Made by a program: the position numbers and the translations under genes
Source: Chiloscyllium plagiosum
Taxonomy: Eukaryota
Length of the DNA: 64,000 nucleotides
NCBI RefSeq assembly: GCF_004010195.1
Contig: NC_057750.1
Location: 19,752,117-19,816,116, forward strand
Direction: 5' to 3'
The notes under the pieces: generated by a model
Databases searched by the model: none
What the model was told of the DNA's origin: nothing
Seen by the model: only the letters and a program-made list of their open reading frames with translations
Shown: in pieces, positions 37,110 through 50,204 of the stretch
Position numbering within the stretch: the stretch's first letter is position 1
Layout of the letters: each line of letters begins with the position of its first letter

Positions 37110-37766
37110 TGTTGAAGTACAGATTTGAGACGGCCTAGGGAATTCCTTCAGAATTCATCCTGTAAGCCTCTCTTACGGTTCATCCCAGAGATCGTACTCT
37201 TTGGTGGTCTGGAAGAAAAAAAAACCTCTTACAGACAGTTTAGTTTAATTTTAGTCTTGCCCTTCATTTACTAATAGCATCACTGTTACAGCATAACATT
37301 GATAACTATAAATCAAACTAACAGCATTGTATTAGTCCAGGACAGTGGAAATCCCTCTTCTTTCAAGAGCCTTGGCTAGCTACTCCGTTCTCCTATCACA
37401 AACAAACTATCTTTATGCACCACTTTACAAAGGCTGCATTGTCACAAACACAGAAATGTTAACGAAAGCATTGCATGTTCTGAACTAGATAGATAACAGC
37501 GAAGGACAATAATTCGGGACTGAAGCTAATTGGTACTGAGTATTATTCCGTGGTCAGAAGTAAACATTGATTATTAATGTCACAAAGGAACAGCTGTGAA
37601 TGTTATCACTCAGTGTCTTGTTCATATAGCTTCGTTGATGTTAAGGCAAATGTTCTTACTTATCTTATCTTTCCCGCCAAACCAATTTCTAGTATGCATC
37701 AAATGTGTTCGATAATTCAAAATTACATTTTAGTCTAAATGTTTAAGGACAAAATTTAAGGCTATA
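37110..37766 (-). repeat. ERV 5' LTR
   Basis: Ends ...TTCAACA on minus next to the PBS; colinear with 27720-28656. Confidence 0.9.
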
Positions 37767-38781
37767 AACTTTCTCAGCTGCACAGGACCTCTAACCAACA
37801 ATATAAACAAGATATATTGACAACATTTTCTTCCTCTGGACCCATGGCGGGGACTCAGAAACAAAATACACAGTGATTTTAACGGTTTACATCCCACCAT
37901 CAGACTTTTCTTTAGTATCTAAAGGTGGGCACCTCAGTACATCACCCTTCATCAAGGGTGGGCACCTCAGTACATCACTCCATTGCACAGCCACAGATAA
38001 CCTCACAATGCTACCCTTCTCTCGCTTCCACCCGGAACATATTAAAACAACCATCCCCTATGGACAAGCATTACACATACACAGGATCTGTTCAGTTGTG
38101 GAGGAACGTGACGGACACCTGAAGGTGCTCAAGGATGCCCTTATAAGAATAGGGTCCAATGCTCAACTCATCAAATGCCAGTTCCGATGTGACATGGCAA
38201 GAAACTGTAATGACCTCCTCAGGACACAGACATGGTTGCAACCGATAGAGTGCTCTTTGTTGCCCAGTACTTCCCTGGAGCTGAAAAACTACACCATATT
38301 CTTCACAGCCTGCGACACATTATCAATGATGATGAGCATCTCACCAAAACCTTCCCCACGCCTCCACGTCTCGCCTTTAAACAACCACCAAACCTTAAAC
38401 AGACAATTGTTCACAGCAAACTGCCCGGCTTTCAGGACAAGATCGATCACAACATTGTACAATGTCAACCACTGCAAGACGTGTCAGAGTGATAATATGG
38501 ATACCGCCATTACCTGTGGGACACCACCAACCAAGTACGCGGCAGGTACTCATGTGACTCGGTCAACATTGTCTATCTCATACGCTGCTGGCAAGAATAC
38601 CCTGAGGCACGATACATTGGTGAGAGCAAGCAGATGCTACAACAATGAACGAATGGACATTGTGCAACAATCACCAGGCAGGGGCGTTTATTCCCAGACG
38701 GGAACATTTCAGTGGTCAGGGAATTGGGTCTTGCATCTTCCGGTGAGCAGCCTTCAAGGCAGAGTTCAGGACAGGCATCAC

Positions 38782-39830
38782 TAGAAAGTCGGGAATGTGG
38801 TGCTGGAAAAGCACAGCAGGCCAGGCAGCATCAGAGGAGCAGGTAAATCGAAGTTTGGGGCAAAAGCCCTTCATCAGGAATGAGGCTGGGAGCCCTGGGG
38901 GTGGAGAAATAAATGGGAGGGGGTGGAGCTGGGGGGTAAGGTAGCTGAGAGTGCTATGAGTGGAAGTGCATATGGAGTGGATAGGTGTGAAGGAAGATGG
39001 ACCGGTGGGACAGGGCATGAGGGTGGTGCTGAGCTGGAAGGTTGAAACTGGGGTAAGGTCGGGTGGAGGAGAAATGAGGAAACTGGTGAAATCCACATTG
39101 ATGCCATAGGGTTGAAGGGTCATCAGGTGGAAGATGAATCATTCTTCCTCCAGGCATTGGGTGGTAAGGGAGTGGCGATGGACATGGCCCAGGACCTGCA
39201 TGCCTTCGGCACAGTGGGAGGGGGAGTTGAAGTGCTCGGCCACGGGGCAGTGGGGTTGGTTGTTGTGGGTGTCCCGGAGATGTTCTCTGAAGCACTCTGC
39301 AAGTAGGCATCCTGTCTCCCCAATGTAGAGGAGACCGCATCGGGAGCAATGGCTACAGTAAATGACATGTGTGGAAGTGTAGGTGAAACCTTGATGGTTC
39401 CTTTGGGACCTTGGACTGAGGTGGGGGGGAGGGGTCGATGTGGGCGCAAGCTTTGCAATTCCTACCATGGCAAGGGAAGGTGCCAGGATGGGACGGTTGG
39501 TGGTGGGGGGCAGGGACCTGACGAGGTAGTTGAGAAGGGAGCGGTCTTCACGGAAAGCAGATAGGAGTCGGGAGGGTGGTGGGTCCCGTTTGTAGCTGGT
39601 TGAAATGGCGGAGGATGATGCGATATATACGGAGATTGGTGAGGTGGAAGGTGAGGATCAGGGGGTTCTGTCCTTGTTGCGGTTGGAGGAGTGGGTTTCG
39701 AGGGTGGTGATGTGGGAAGTGGATGAGATGCACTGGAAGGCATCATCATCCATGTGGGAGCGGAAATTGCAGTCTTTAAAGAATGAGGCCATCTGGTGCG
39801 TTCTGCAGTGGAACTGGTCCTCTTTGGAAC
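38782..39830 (-). mobile_element. PLE family A fragment nested in PLE family B endonuclease
   Basis: FTYTSTHVIYCSHCSRCGLLYIGETG..FREHLRDT (39139-39468); pLTR with hammerhead-like CTGATGAAGGGCTTTTGCCC at ~38850-38878. Confidence 0.85.
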
Positions 39831-39934
39831 AATGGAAATTTACCGAGCAAAGGCTGACAGCCAAGTTTGGTACTTATGGGCATGGCCTCAACGGGAACCT
39901 TGGGTTCATGTCATCCTACAGGTGACCCCACTAC

Positions 39935-40195
39935 ACGATACACTCACGCACACATGCATACACACATGCGCACACACACACTCACACACCGATATACTCA
40001 CTCACTCATGCAGACCCTCTCTCATACCCACACACATACACTCACTCACGCTAACATCCATGCACACACCCTCTCACAGGCTCATATTCCATCACAGCCA
40101 CACACACACTTTACCAATCTTTCATACACGTAAACACACACTCTCTCACATGCACTCAGGCACTCACTCTCCCTCATGCACATGCACACACATAC
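39935..40195. repeat. Degenerate (CA)n-rich simple repeat in the PLE 3' region
   Basis: CACACA/CACTCA-rich tract. Confidence 0.8.
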
Positions 40196-40610
40196 AAATC
40201 TATGGGGCAAATTTGTATTCACAGAATTATGTTTGCAGATATATTCTGTTTTGCTCAAAAAATGCACAACCTGCAGGCAGTCAATACAAGTAATACTTGG
40301 TAAATTCCACTTTGGAAACAGAACCAGTCTGACTCAAGATTGGGATACAGACAGACCATAACCTCAAACCTTTAATGCATTGTCTGACCTGAGATGTCAC
40401 CTTTTGTTATGAAACCTTAAGTTATCTCAAGAAGGTGATTTAAAGAAAAAGTTCGAGGATTTACATATTAATGAACCAAACCCCGTAACCCATTCTAAAA
40501 GGTGAAAGACTTAACAAAAATCTAGGTTTGTTCAAAATATATTTTCCGGTGCATGACACTGTAATCTTTTGCTATAAATTGCATATGTTATGGTCCTGCT
40601 CCACAGCTAT

Positions 40611-40640
40611 CTGATGAAGGAGCAGTGCTCCAAAAGCTAG
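40611..40640 (+). ncRNA. Hammerhead-like motif of PLE family B pLTR (degenerate)
   Basis: CTGATGA-AGGAGC-AGT-GCTCC-AAAAGCTAG; GAAA box appears mutated; mirrored degenerate copy at ~26981-27009. Confidence 0.5.
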
Positions 40641-41994
40641 TGCTTTCAAATAAACCTGTTGGACTATAACCTAGTGTTGTGTGATTTTTAACATGATAGC
40701 ACTCCTTTTCTAATGGACAAGGAATGACACTGAGGAGCAAAATGAAAGAGAGTGGAGAGTAAAGTAGTGTCAGGTGGTGTTAGCAATGAGCAACAGTTAG
40801 TAAAAAGCTGAACAACAAAAGCATAACCAAAAAAGAAATTAGACATGCATGAGAAAGGATATTAATCTAAAGTAATCACTTCACAGTGATTGATGCAGGT
40901 ACAAAAAAGAAAGAGTAGGAAAGGATAATCGTTTCCCTGCAGGCCAGAGTGGGAACAGCAACATCGGGCTCCTGTGCATTCTTCCTCATGGAATTCTCTG
41001 ATCCACAAATCTGGAAAAAAAATTTAAGAAGTGAGAAATTTTCCTATTATAAAGATTAAATAATATACTGTATAAAACATCTGTGTCATTTGATCATAAA
41101 TGTACTTTCAACAATATTTTGATTCCTTTCATTTCACCCTGTCCTGATGGCCGATATCACCACCTTTCTTTACTTGTTCTTTCCACAAATCAGCTAATGT
41201 ATTGATGGAGAATCCAAGATCCAACCAGTGGGCTTGTTGGAAGGCGGGATCCAACACTTGGGGATGGTGTCGGACAAGGTAGATGAGCCAACATCCTAAG
41301 TACTTGTATAGAAAAGAGCTTTGAGCCTCTCACAGAATCCATTGAGTTCATTGGGAACTGACTTTGGATGAAAACAGGAAGGACTGCAGATGCTGTAAAT
41401 CAGAAACAAAAACAAAAGTTGCCGTAAAGGCTCAGCAGGTCTGACAGTATTTGTGAAGAATAATCAATGTTAACCTTTCAGTCCAGAAAGGTTTCTCTTC
41501 ACAAATGCTGCCAGACTTGCTGAGCTTTCCCAGCAGCTTCTGTTTCTGATACTGGATTAACCCTGCTTGTTTGTGGCTTGATAATGGAGCCTGTGACCAA
41601 TTCAAAACATTTTCATATTACCACCAAGAAATATTGCTTCCAACTGCAAAACAACTCCTAAATCCATTCCTGCCTCAGCTCATCATTGGTGAAACAGTCA
41701 TTCGTTCCACTGTTACCCTTGGACCCTTGTATCCAGTTCCCAAATGGGCCTGATACCAGAGTATAAACTCCATACATTTGCTTTGTTTTAATTTTTTCCT
41801 CCCTCCTGGTTTGCTTTCCCAACAAATCATCTGATCATCTACTGACCGTTTTAATTTTATATTCTCGTTTTCTACTCAAATTGTTCCAAAGCAATCCATT
41901 GATTCCTTTGCTTTCTTGGACTGATGTAAATCTTGTTTTTTAAAATCTCCATGAAGTTGTTGGATGTTCTGCTGTGATGTAAATGTGTAGTGTT

Positions 41995-42211
41995 TAGAAC
42001 GAGGGCCATGTGAATCTCATTGACTATGAGATTCTTCATTGGGGCTGTTAACCTGGGCCCATTTGGGAACCCAGTCTGACAGAGATAAACAGGAGATTTA
42101 CAGAGTCTCATAGAGACTGGCTCGGAACTGGCTCTTCAGAATCCATATACAGACCACATATGAATAAAGGATGACTTGTTGACAGGATACAACCTCTGTG
42201 CAGTTATTTCA
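41995..42211 (+). mobile_element. Probable short solo LTR
   Basis: ~215 bp with TATA-like GATAAA, AATAAA at ~42164 and terminal ..TTATTTCA; 5' TG end and TSD not clear. Confidence 0.35.
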
Positions 42212-42337
42212 AAATGCTACCAGCTGACGTGAAATTGAAAGAAATTACAGATTGCACAGACAGAAGTCAAATATGAAATGGCAGGTAATAATGCCAGAAA
42301 CAATAATGAGTCTGACGATTTGGAACAATTTGGAACA

Positions 42338-42712
42338 ATTACAAGATAATACATGGCTTAGAAAGGGTGGACGCTAAGAAATTGTTTTCGTTAGGCGAGG
42401 AGACTAGGACTCGTGGGCACAGCCTTAGAATTAGAGGAGGTCAATTCAGAACAGAAATGCGGAGATATTTCTTCAGCCAGACAGTGGTGGGCCTGTAGAA
42501 TTCATTTCCGCAGAGTGCAGTGGAGGCCGGGACGCTAAATGTCTTCAAGGCAGAGATTGATAAATTCTTGATGTCACAAGGAATTAAGGGCTATGGGGAG
42601 AATGCGAGTAAGTGGAGTTGAAATGCCCATCAGCCATGATTAAATGGCGGAGTGGACATGATGGGCCGAATGGCCTTACTTCCACTCCTATGTCTTATGG
42701 TCTTATGGTCTT
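42338..42712 (+). mobile_element. Young HER1/CR1 3' fragment
   Basis: Near-identical to the reverse complement of 30835-31200; (TCTTATGG)n tail. Confidence 0.9.
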
Positions 42713-42909
42713 AATCCCCTGTGTCACTGACCTGTCTGCATTTCCAGATTCCTTTCTAAGTCCTTCCGATTTCCCAGCTCATTCTCCTATTGATGGCAGT
42801 CCTTAAACTTTCTCTCTCTGACTAAGTTATTGTCATCTGACCTAATATCAGCTTTGGTGGGTCAACATTAACTCTATTTAGTTGGTCATAATAAAAGTAT
42901 TTTAACTAT

Positions 42910-45900
42910 GTTTATAGAGTCATAGAATTGTACAGCAAGGAAACAGAGCTGTTCGGTCCAAGCAGATATCTTGAATTAATCCAGTCGCATTTGCCAGCAT
43001 TTAACCCATATCCCTCTAAATCCTTCCTATTCACATACTCATCCAGATGCATTTTAAATGTTGTAATTGTGCCAGCTTTCACAATTTCGGCTGGCAGCTC
43101 AGTCCATACATGTACTACCCACTGCATGAAAATATTGCCTCTTAGGTCCCTCTTAAAATGTTCCCATCTGGCCTAAATCTAATCCCACCAGTTTTTGATT
43201 CCCTTAGTCAGGGAAATACTTTGATTAATCATACAATCTTTGCCCTTCATGATTTTTATAAACTTCTTTAAGGTCCCCTCAGCCTCCGATGCTCCAGGGA
43301 AAAAAAGGCCCCGCCTATTCAGCCTCTCCCTATAACTCAAAACCTCCAACTCTAGTAACATCCTTAATAATCCTTTTGGAAACTCTTAAGTTGAGCAACA
43401 TTTTTTTTCGTATAGCTAGGAGACCATAACTGAACACATTATTCCAAAAGTAGGCTTAACAATATCTTGTATCGCAGAAACATGTTTTTCCAACTCGTAT
43501 ACTCAAAACACTGAACAATAAAGGGAACATACTAAATGCCTTCTTCACTATCCTGTTTACTTGCAACTCTACTTTCAAGGAACTATGAAACCGCACTCTA
43601 ATGTCTCTAAGTTCAGCAGCATTCCTCAGGGCTTTACCATTAGCCCATCTGATCAAGGTCCCATTATGTGAGGTAACTGTCTTTGCTATCCACTACACCA
43701 GTTTTGGCGTTATCTGCAAACTTACCAAACATATCTCCTATGTTCACATCCAATCATGGATATAAATGACTAAAAGCAATGGACCCACCCCCAATCTTTG
43801 TAGCACATTGCTGGTCACAGTCCTCCTGTCAGAATAGCAACACTCCACCATCACCCTCTGTCTCCTACCTTTGAGCCAATTTTGTATCCAAATGGCACGT
43901 GATCAAAGCTTGCTAAGCAATCTCCCATACAGAACGTTGCCAAATGTTGTACTGAAGTCCATATAGACAACATACACCTCTCTGCCTCAATCTTTTTTGT
44001 AACTTCTTCAAAAAACTCAATCAAGTTAGTGAGACACGATTTCCCATCCACAAAGCCATGTTTTTTTCATCCTAATTAAACATTGCCTTTCCAAATACAT
44101 GTAAATCCTATCCCTCAGGATTCCCTTCAACAACTAACCCATACTGAGATGAGGTTGACCAGTCTATAGTTCCTTGGCTTTTCCTTAATACCTTTCTTGA
44201 ATAACAGCACCACATTATCCAAACTTCAGTAATCTAACACAAACATGTAGCTCTTGATGATATAAATATCTTAGCAAGGAGCCTTGCAATCACTTCCCAC
44301 AAGGTTCTCAGGTACACCTGATCAAGTCCTGGGGGTTTATCCACCTTTATGGATTTTAAGATATTCAGCACCACCTCCTCTGTAATGTGGACACTTTTCA
44401 AGATATGGCTATTTATTTTCCCTAGTTCTCGAGCTTCCATATCCTTCTCCACAATAAACACTGATGTAAAATACTCATTTAGTATCTCAGCCATCTGGTG
44501 CAGTTCCACAGCAGCCTTGCTGATCTTTAAAGGGACTGTATTCTCTCCCTTGTTACCCTTTTATCCTTAATGTATTTGGGGAAACACTTTGGATTTTCCT
44601 TAACCACATTTGCCAAAGCTATTTCATGTCCTGTTTTTGCCTTCCTTATTTCCTTCTTCAGTATATTCCTATTGCCTTTTCATCCTCTAGGGATTCACTT
44701 GATCCCTTCCTTCTTTTTCGTGACGAGAACCTCAATTTCTCTAGTCACCCAGCATTGCCTACATCTTGCCCTTCACACTGACAGGAACAGACTCTTGTTA
44801 TGTCATTGTTGAACGCTTCCCACTTCCCAGCCATCCCTTTACCTGTGAATATCGGTCCCCAATCAACTTTTGAAAATTTGTGCTGAAAACTGTCAAAATT
44901 GGCCTTCCTCCAATTTAGAACTTTTATTTTCAGATCAGGCCTATCCTTTTCCATCAGTATTTTAAAACTACTGGAATTATGATCACTTGCCCCGAAGTGC
45001 CCCCCCGCACCCACTGATATCTCAGTCACTTGCCCTGCTTTATTTCCCAAAGAGAAGGTCATGTTTATCTCCTTCTCTCGTACCCACCTGCATCTACCTT
45101 TTTTCTCCCACCGGCATCTGCCCATTGCCTTCCCAGTTACCTCACACCTGTACTGCTATTTATCTCTTAGCCCCTTCCTCTCCCCCGAACCCATAATTCC
45201 TGATGAAGGGCTTATGCCTGAAACATCTACTCTCCTGTTCCTCGGATGCCGCCTGACCTGCTGTGCTTTACCAGCGCCACATTTTCGATTCCTTTGCATG
45301 TAGGTACATCTTCATACAGAATCAGAAAAATTTTCTTGTGCACGCTGAACAAATTTCTTTTCATCCAAGGATTTAATACTATGGCAGTCCCATTTTATGT
45401 TTGGAAAGTTAATTCCTACAGTTACCACCCTATTAATTTTACAGATAACTGAGATCTCCTTAAACTTTCTTTCTCAATTTCGTGCTGACAATTGTGAGGG
45501 CTATTGTGCAATCCCAACAAGGTGATTACCTCTTTTTGATTTCTTAGTTCCGGCTAAATAACTTAACTGGATGCACTCCCCAGGAATACCTTCCTCAGTA
45601 CAGCTATGATGTTGCCCCTGATTAAACAGCCCGCCCTTTCCATCCTTCCTATAGCATCTATGCCTGAAACATTAAGCTGCCAGTCTTGTCCATTCCTGAG
45701 CCACATCTCTGTAATTGCTATCATATCTCAGTCGCATGTTCCTAACCATGCCCTGGGTTTATCAGCCTTACATGTCAGGCCTCTTGCATCGAAATGAATA
45801 GTTTAATTTATCAATTCTACTTTGTTCTCTGCTTTGCTCCTGCCTGCCTCGACAATTTGACTTGTTCCTTTTCTCAATTGTACCAGCCTGCGTCTGATCC

Positions 45901-46900
45901 CTTTTCTCACTCTCTCTCTCTAGGTCCGACCCCATCTGCTAACTAGATTACATCATCCTGGATGGCTCTAGAAAATCTCCTCATCAGTATATTTGTCCCA
46001 TTCCAATTCAGGTGCAACCTGTCATTCTTATGCAGATCACCTCCACCACAGAAGAGATTCCATTGATCCAAAAACATATATCCTTCTCCCTTGCACCAGT
46101 TCCTCAGCTACGCATTTTACTGCTCTATCCTCCTTTTCCTACTCTCACTTGTGCATGGGACCGGGTATAATCCAGATATTGCTGCCCTTCTGGACCTATT
46201 TTTTAACCTCCTGCCTAATAACCTATATTCTCTCCTCAGAGCCTCATTCTTTTCTCTTCTTATGTTGTTGGCACCAACGTGAACAATTACCTCCTGCTGG
46301 TCACCCTCCCCTCTGAAAATGTTCTGCACCCTGTCCAAGACGCCATTGATGCTGGCACCTGGGAGGCAACACCATTCTGATATCTCATTACTGGCCACAG
46401 AATGTGCCTCTGATTGAGAGTCCCTTACAACAATTGGTTGCTTGCAATCTGGCGTACCTCTTACTATAGCGGTAGTATCGGAACCAGAAATGTAGCTGTC
46501 AGTGCGACATTGCCCTGACAGTCTGTCACCCCCTACGTTTTCCAGAACAGTATATTTCTTTAAGATGTGAAAAGCCACAGAAGCCACCTGCAGTACCTGT
46601 CCACCTCTCCTACCTTTCCTAGAGGTAACCTATCTACCAGATTGTATCTGCAGTTTTTCTATCTTCCTGAAACAGCCATCCATTACACCAGTTAACTCTT
46701 GTCAATTCTTCAATGTCACAAACTACTGCTCCATGCGATCTGATAGGATTTGCAACCAAACACACTTAATGCAGACATAATCATCAGTAATATTGAAATT
46801 CTCCTTAATCTTCCACATCTGATTGAAACCATGCAACAGTCACTGTGCTTAAGGCCATTTTTGCAGCTTAAATATCTACAGACCCACAAAATAGTTCAGT
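42910..46900 (-). mobile_element. Long degenerate CR1 LINE (ORF1 esterase, APE, RT, 3' UTR) with a PLE pLTR insert at ~45060-45290
   Basis: ORF1 EVIVHVGANNI (46117-46587); APE SDH (44745-45125); GKSCLTNLIEFFEEVTK (43851-44051); 3' end at 42912-43361. Confidence 0.85.
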
Positions 46901-48628
46901 CTTACTGCTCTGAAAATGCTGCTCTTGGGTAACTTTGTAAATATATATTAAAATTTCAAAGATTAGATCTCGACAAATATTTTATATTCAGTCACAGCAT
47001 AAGGGTGTTGCTGGCTAGGCTAGCAATTATTACCTAATTGTCCAGAGGGCAGTTAAGAGTCAACCACATTACTGTGGGTCTGGAGTCACATGTAGACCAG
47101 ACCAGGTAAAAATGACAGTTTCCTTCCATAAAGGACATTAGTGAATCAGATGGGTTTTTCGACGATTGGTCATCATTAGATTCTTAACAACAGATTTGTT
47201 TTAAAATGTGAAATCAAATTCCACCATCTGCCGTGGCAGGGTTCATACCCACATCCCCAGAATGCTAACCGAGTCTCTGGATTAATAGCCCAGTGATAAT
47301 ATCACTAGGTCATTACCTCCCCTAAATGCATAAAGCAAAAAGAGAACCACCTTATTCACTATTATAGGTTTACAAATAAAAGGTATGGTTAGACTTAAAA
47401 TAATATACTTAACTGTTATCCTGCATGGCTCGCTCCCTATACATGTTTCTCCAAAGTCAGCTATGAATTTTCCTGTTTGTTTATTGGTCTTCGACTGAAC
47501 TCCAATGGCCAGTAAAACTTGAAATCAAGCAGCAGATGAGATTAGCTGTGAAAGTTCACTGCCTGGTCAGTCAGCTTTGCAGTTTCACTGCTCCTTTTTT
47601 CACCTTCCATGTGGGACCTGCTCTTCTTGTTTTAATGTACCCTTGTTCTGATCTTTTTTATCAATGTTCCAAAACCATGCAACAGCTGATTAAATAGCAA
47701 TGCTTCAAGAAACTGAGGAAATCAGCTCCAGCATTGAAAACACCTCAATAAAGGAGCAACTCTAAAAGCCAGAATTTTCTCTCGCCCTCCACAGTCACAC
47801 AGTCATACAGCATGGAAATAGACCTTTCAGTCCAACCAGTCCATGGTGAAGATAATCTCAAATTAAACTAGTCCCACCTGCCCGCTCCCTGCCTATATCC
47901 CTCCAAAGCTTTCCTTTTCATTTATCCGAATGTCTTTTAAACATCGTAGTTATGCCCATATGCACCACTTCCTCAAGAAGATCATTCCACACGTGAACCA
48001 CCCTCTGAGAATGAGGACATTAGCAAATAGCAAATGTTTAGGCATATGTTGTAATAAGGCTGTTGCAGTGCATGATGATGCAGAAAGGCTTGCATGTGTC
48101 AAATGCCCAAGTTGGGTGCAAGTTTCTATAGACATGGGGCTGTTGCCCATGGAGCATGCACCCGAATGTCGATGCCAGATGTCCAAGACAGATAGTTGGA
48201 AAAGCAAGCAGTGAGTAGCTGTCAGAGGTACCCACTAATATTTCTGTCGAGAATTTTCAGTGCCTTGTTTCTACTTGGTGGTAGAATAGGATTCTATGCA
48301 TTTCTGAGGTCAGATTAAGTAATAATGAGCGCCGTTAATAGTTCTGTTGCTACTTACTATAATAAGCTCATCTCAGCCTCCAGAATTTGCTTGACAAATG
48401 TGACTTGTCGGTCTCAACAGCAAGAAAGACCTCACTTTACAGAATCAAAGAGTGTAAAGTGCGCTTTTCTGGCCCTAAACGTTTGATTCTGATCTCCAGC
48501 ACCTGCAGTCCTCAAATTCTCCACATCCATCTAAACAGCCATCTGTGTCTCTGTCCAAATGATGTTGATAGTTAGAGTCGTCAGTACACCAGGATGAAAT
48601 GAGATGCAGCCAAGGACTTTGAGTGAAG

Positions 48629-50200
48629 TGTGACGATACTGTCACTTTAAAAGTGCTATTTTGTCCTTGATTTTGTTTGAATAAGAGGATGTAAAAGCAG
48701 GTGAATTGGCCGTGCTAAATTGCCCGTAGTATTAGGTAAGGGGTAAATGTAGGGGTATGGGTGGGTTGCGCTTCGGCGGGTCGGTGTGGACATGTTGGGC
48801 CCAAGGGCCTGTTTCCACACTGTAATGTAATGTAATGTAATGTAATCTAATCTAATCAGAGATGTTGAAGAATCTATTTAACAATGGAGGGGGAGTGGAT
48901 AATTCTCCCCAGCCCCATCCCCTTCCCGTTTACCTCTCCAGCCTGGAGGCTCCATGCCTCCATTTCTGATGAAGGGCTTTTGCCCGAAACATCGATTTTC
49001 CTGCTCCTCGGATGCTGCCTGACAAGCTGTGCTTTTCCAGCACCACTCTAATCTAGACTCTAATTCTTCCAATATTTAAGTATTCTAAATTCTGATTTTG
49101 TTTGTATGTGTTTTAACTGTAGTGTTTAAATAAATTCTGTTTTGCTTAAAGCTGAGTGGTTTGACAGGCTGCATCATACCTGGAACACCCAATTCACACC
49201 TGCCTTTAAAATAAAAATAAGTAAGGGCTAGGCTACCTTAAAATATTTTGGGAGTGTCTGCCTGGTCCATAACAAATTGTGGGCTCTTGTTGTGACTGAT
49301 CCAATAATTCCAATTTGGGTTTATGGTTGTTGGACTCAGTGACGGTGAGTGGTAGATGTTAGTGTTCCGGGTGTTGAATTCAATTGGTTTAAACAGTGCT
49401 TTGTGTAATTATGGTTCTATCAGTCACAAAGTTTTCTAGGGATGGAAGAAGTGACTTTTGGGGTTTTACAAAGAGTGAGAAAGGCAAAGCCATTGGAATT
49501 GGCAGACAATCTAGAGTTGTGGTTGCCTTCATCTGTGTGAAAAGAAGAGCTAATTACAGCAATAGCTCAGCATTTAAATTTGCTGGAAACGTAATCAGAA
49601 CGTTTTGAAATAGCTAGAATTTGATTGCTGATGAAGCTGTTTGAACACAAAGGAATTGAAACAGTTTTAATTATAGTTAAAAGCAAAAGAACGGTTGAAA
49701 GAGAGACAGTTTTAACTTCAGAAGATGGCAATTGGACAAGAAAGTTGGCTTAAAAGGATGGAGGTGAAGGCAGAAGGCGGGGTTGATGAGAAGGATATTG
49801 ATGAGCAAACTGATCGTAGACAAATACCTGATAGGGATCTGTATAAATAAATCCAAACATTGCTTAAATTTTGAGAAGAATGCAGAGACTTTTTCATTTC
49901 ATTTGAGAAAGTGGTTAAACAAATTAAGTGGCCAGTGACCATATGGTTTTTGTTCATGCAAACAAAGTTGGTAGGTAGAGCTGGTGAGGCATTTGCATCA
50001 CTATCAGAGGAGGCATCTGAGTCATATGAGGTGTTGAAGAAAGCCATTTTAATTGCATATGAACTTGTGCTAGAAGCCTACAGACAATGTTTCAGGAATC
50101 TGAGAAACCCTGGTCAAACATACATTTCATTTGTAAGGATCTAACAAAACAAGTTTTATAGGTGGATAATGGCATTAAAAAATCAAACATACGACACTCT
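48629..50200 (+). mobile_element. Gmr1-like Gypsy LTR (48629-49274, with SINE and PLE inserts), degenerate Pro-like PBS, gag fragment
   Basis: TGTGACGAT...GGTCCATAACA then TTGTGGGCTC; gag KQIKWPVTIWFLFMQTKLVGRAGEAFASLS..YEVLKKAIL.AYELV.EAYRQ.FRNL. Confidence 0.75.
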
Positions 50201-50204
50201 TTAA

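Larger units (their letters stand above)
27720..37766 (-). mobile_element. Endogenous retrovirus, class I (gamma/epsilon-like), two LTRs, degenerate gag-(deleted pol)-env
   Basis: Direct repeats at both ends, PBS, gag zinc knuckle, RT connection motif PVAFYSTKLDPVAQG, IN HHCC region, env furin site/ISD/CX6CC/TM. Confidence 0.9.
26925..40692 (+). mobile_element. Penelope-like element (family B) with inverted 5' pLTR, split by an ERV and another PLE
   Basis: Inverted pLTRs ~26925-27153 and ~40445-40692; RT FYCLLKIHK..PIVSGNGT..LYTNIPH..FMHKFE (27180-27710) resumes YIDNIFFLWTHG (~37810); GIY-YIG-like VYLIRC..YIGES (~38560-38630); ends GLNGNLGFMSSYR* at 39925. Confidence 0.85.

Noticed and set aside
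37873..38784. 303-aa ORF, the longest in the window
   Set aside because: Frameshifted mosaic of a degenerate PLE RT/endonuclease, not a host gene.
39796..40293. His/Thr-rich 165-aa ORF
   Set aside because: Translation of a (CA)n-rich simple repeat.
40880..41030. Strong splice-acceptor-like motif on minus (TTTTTTTCCAG at ~41011-41022)
   Set aside because: The downstream peptide is unrecognisable and I found no matching donor or partner exons.
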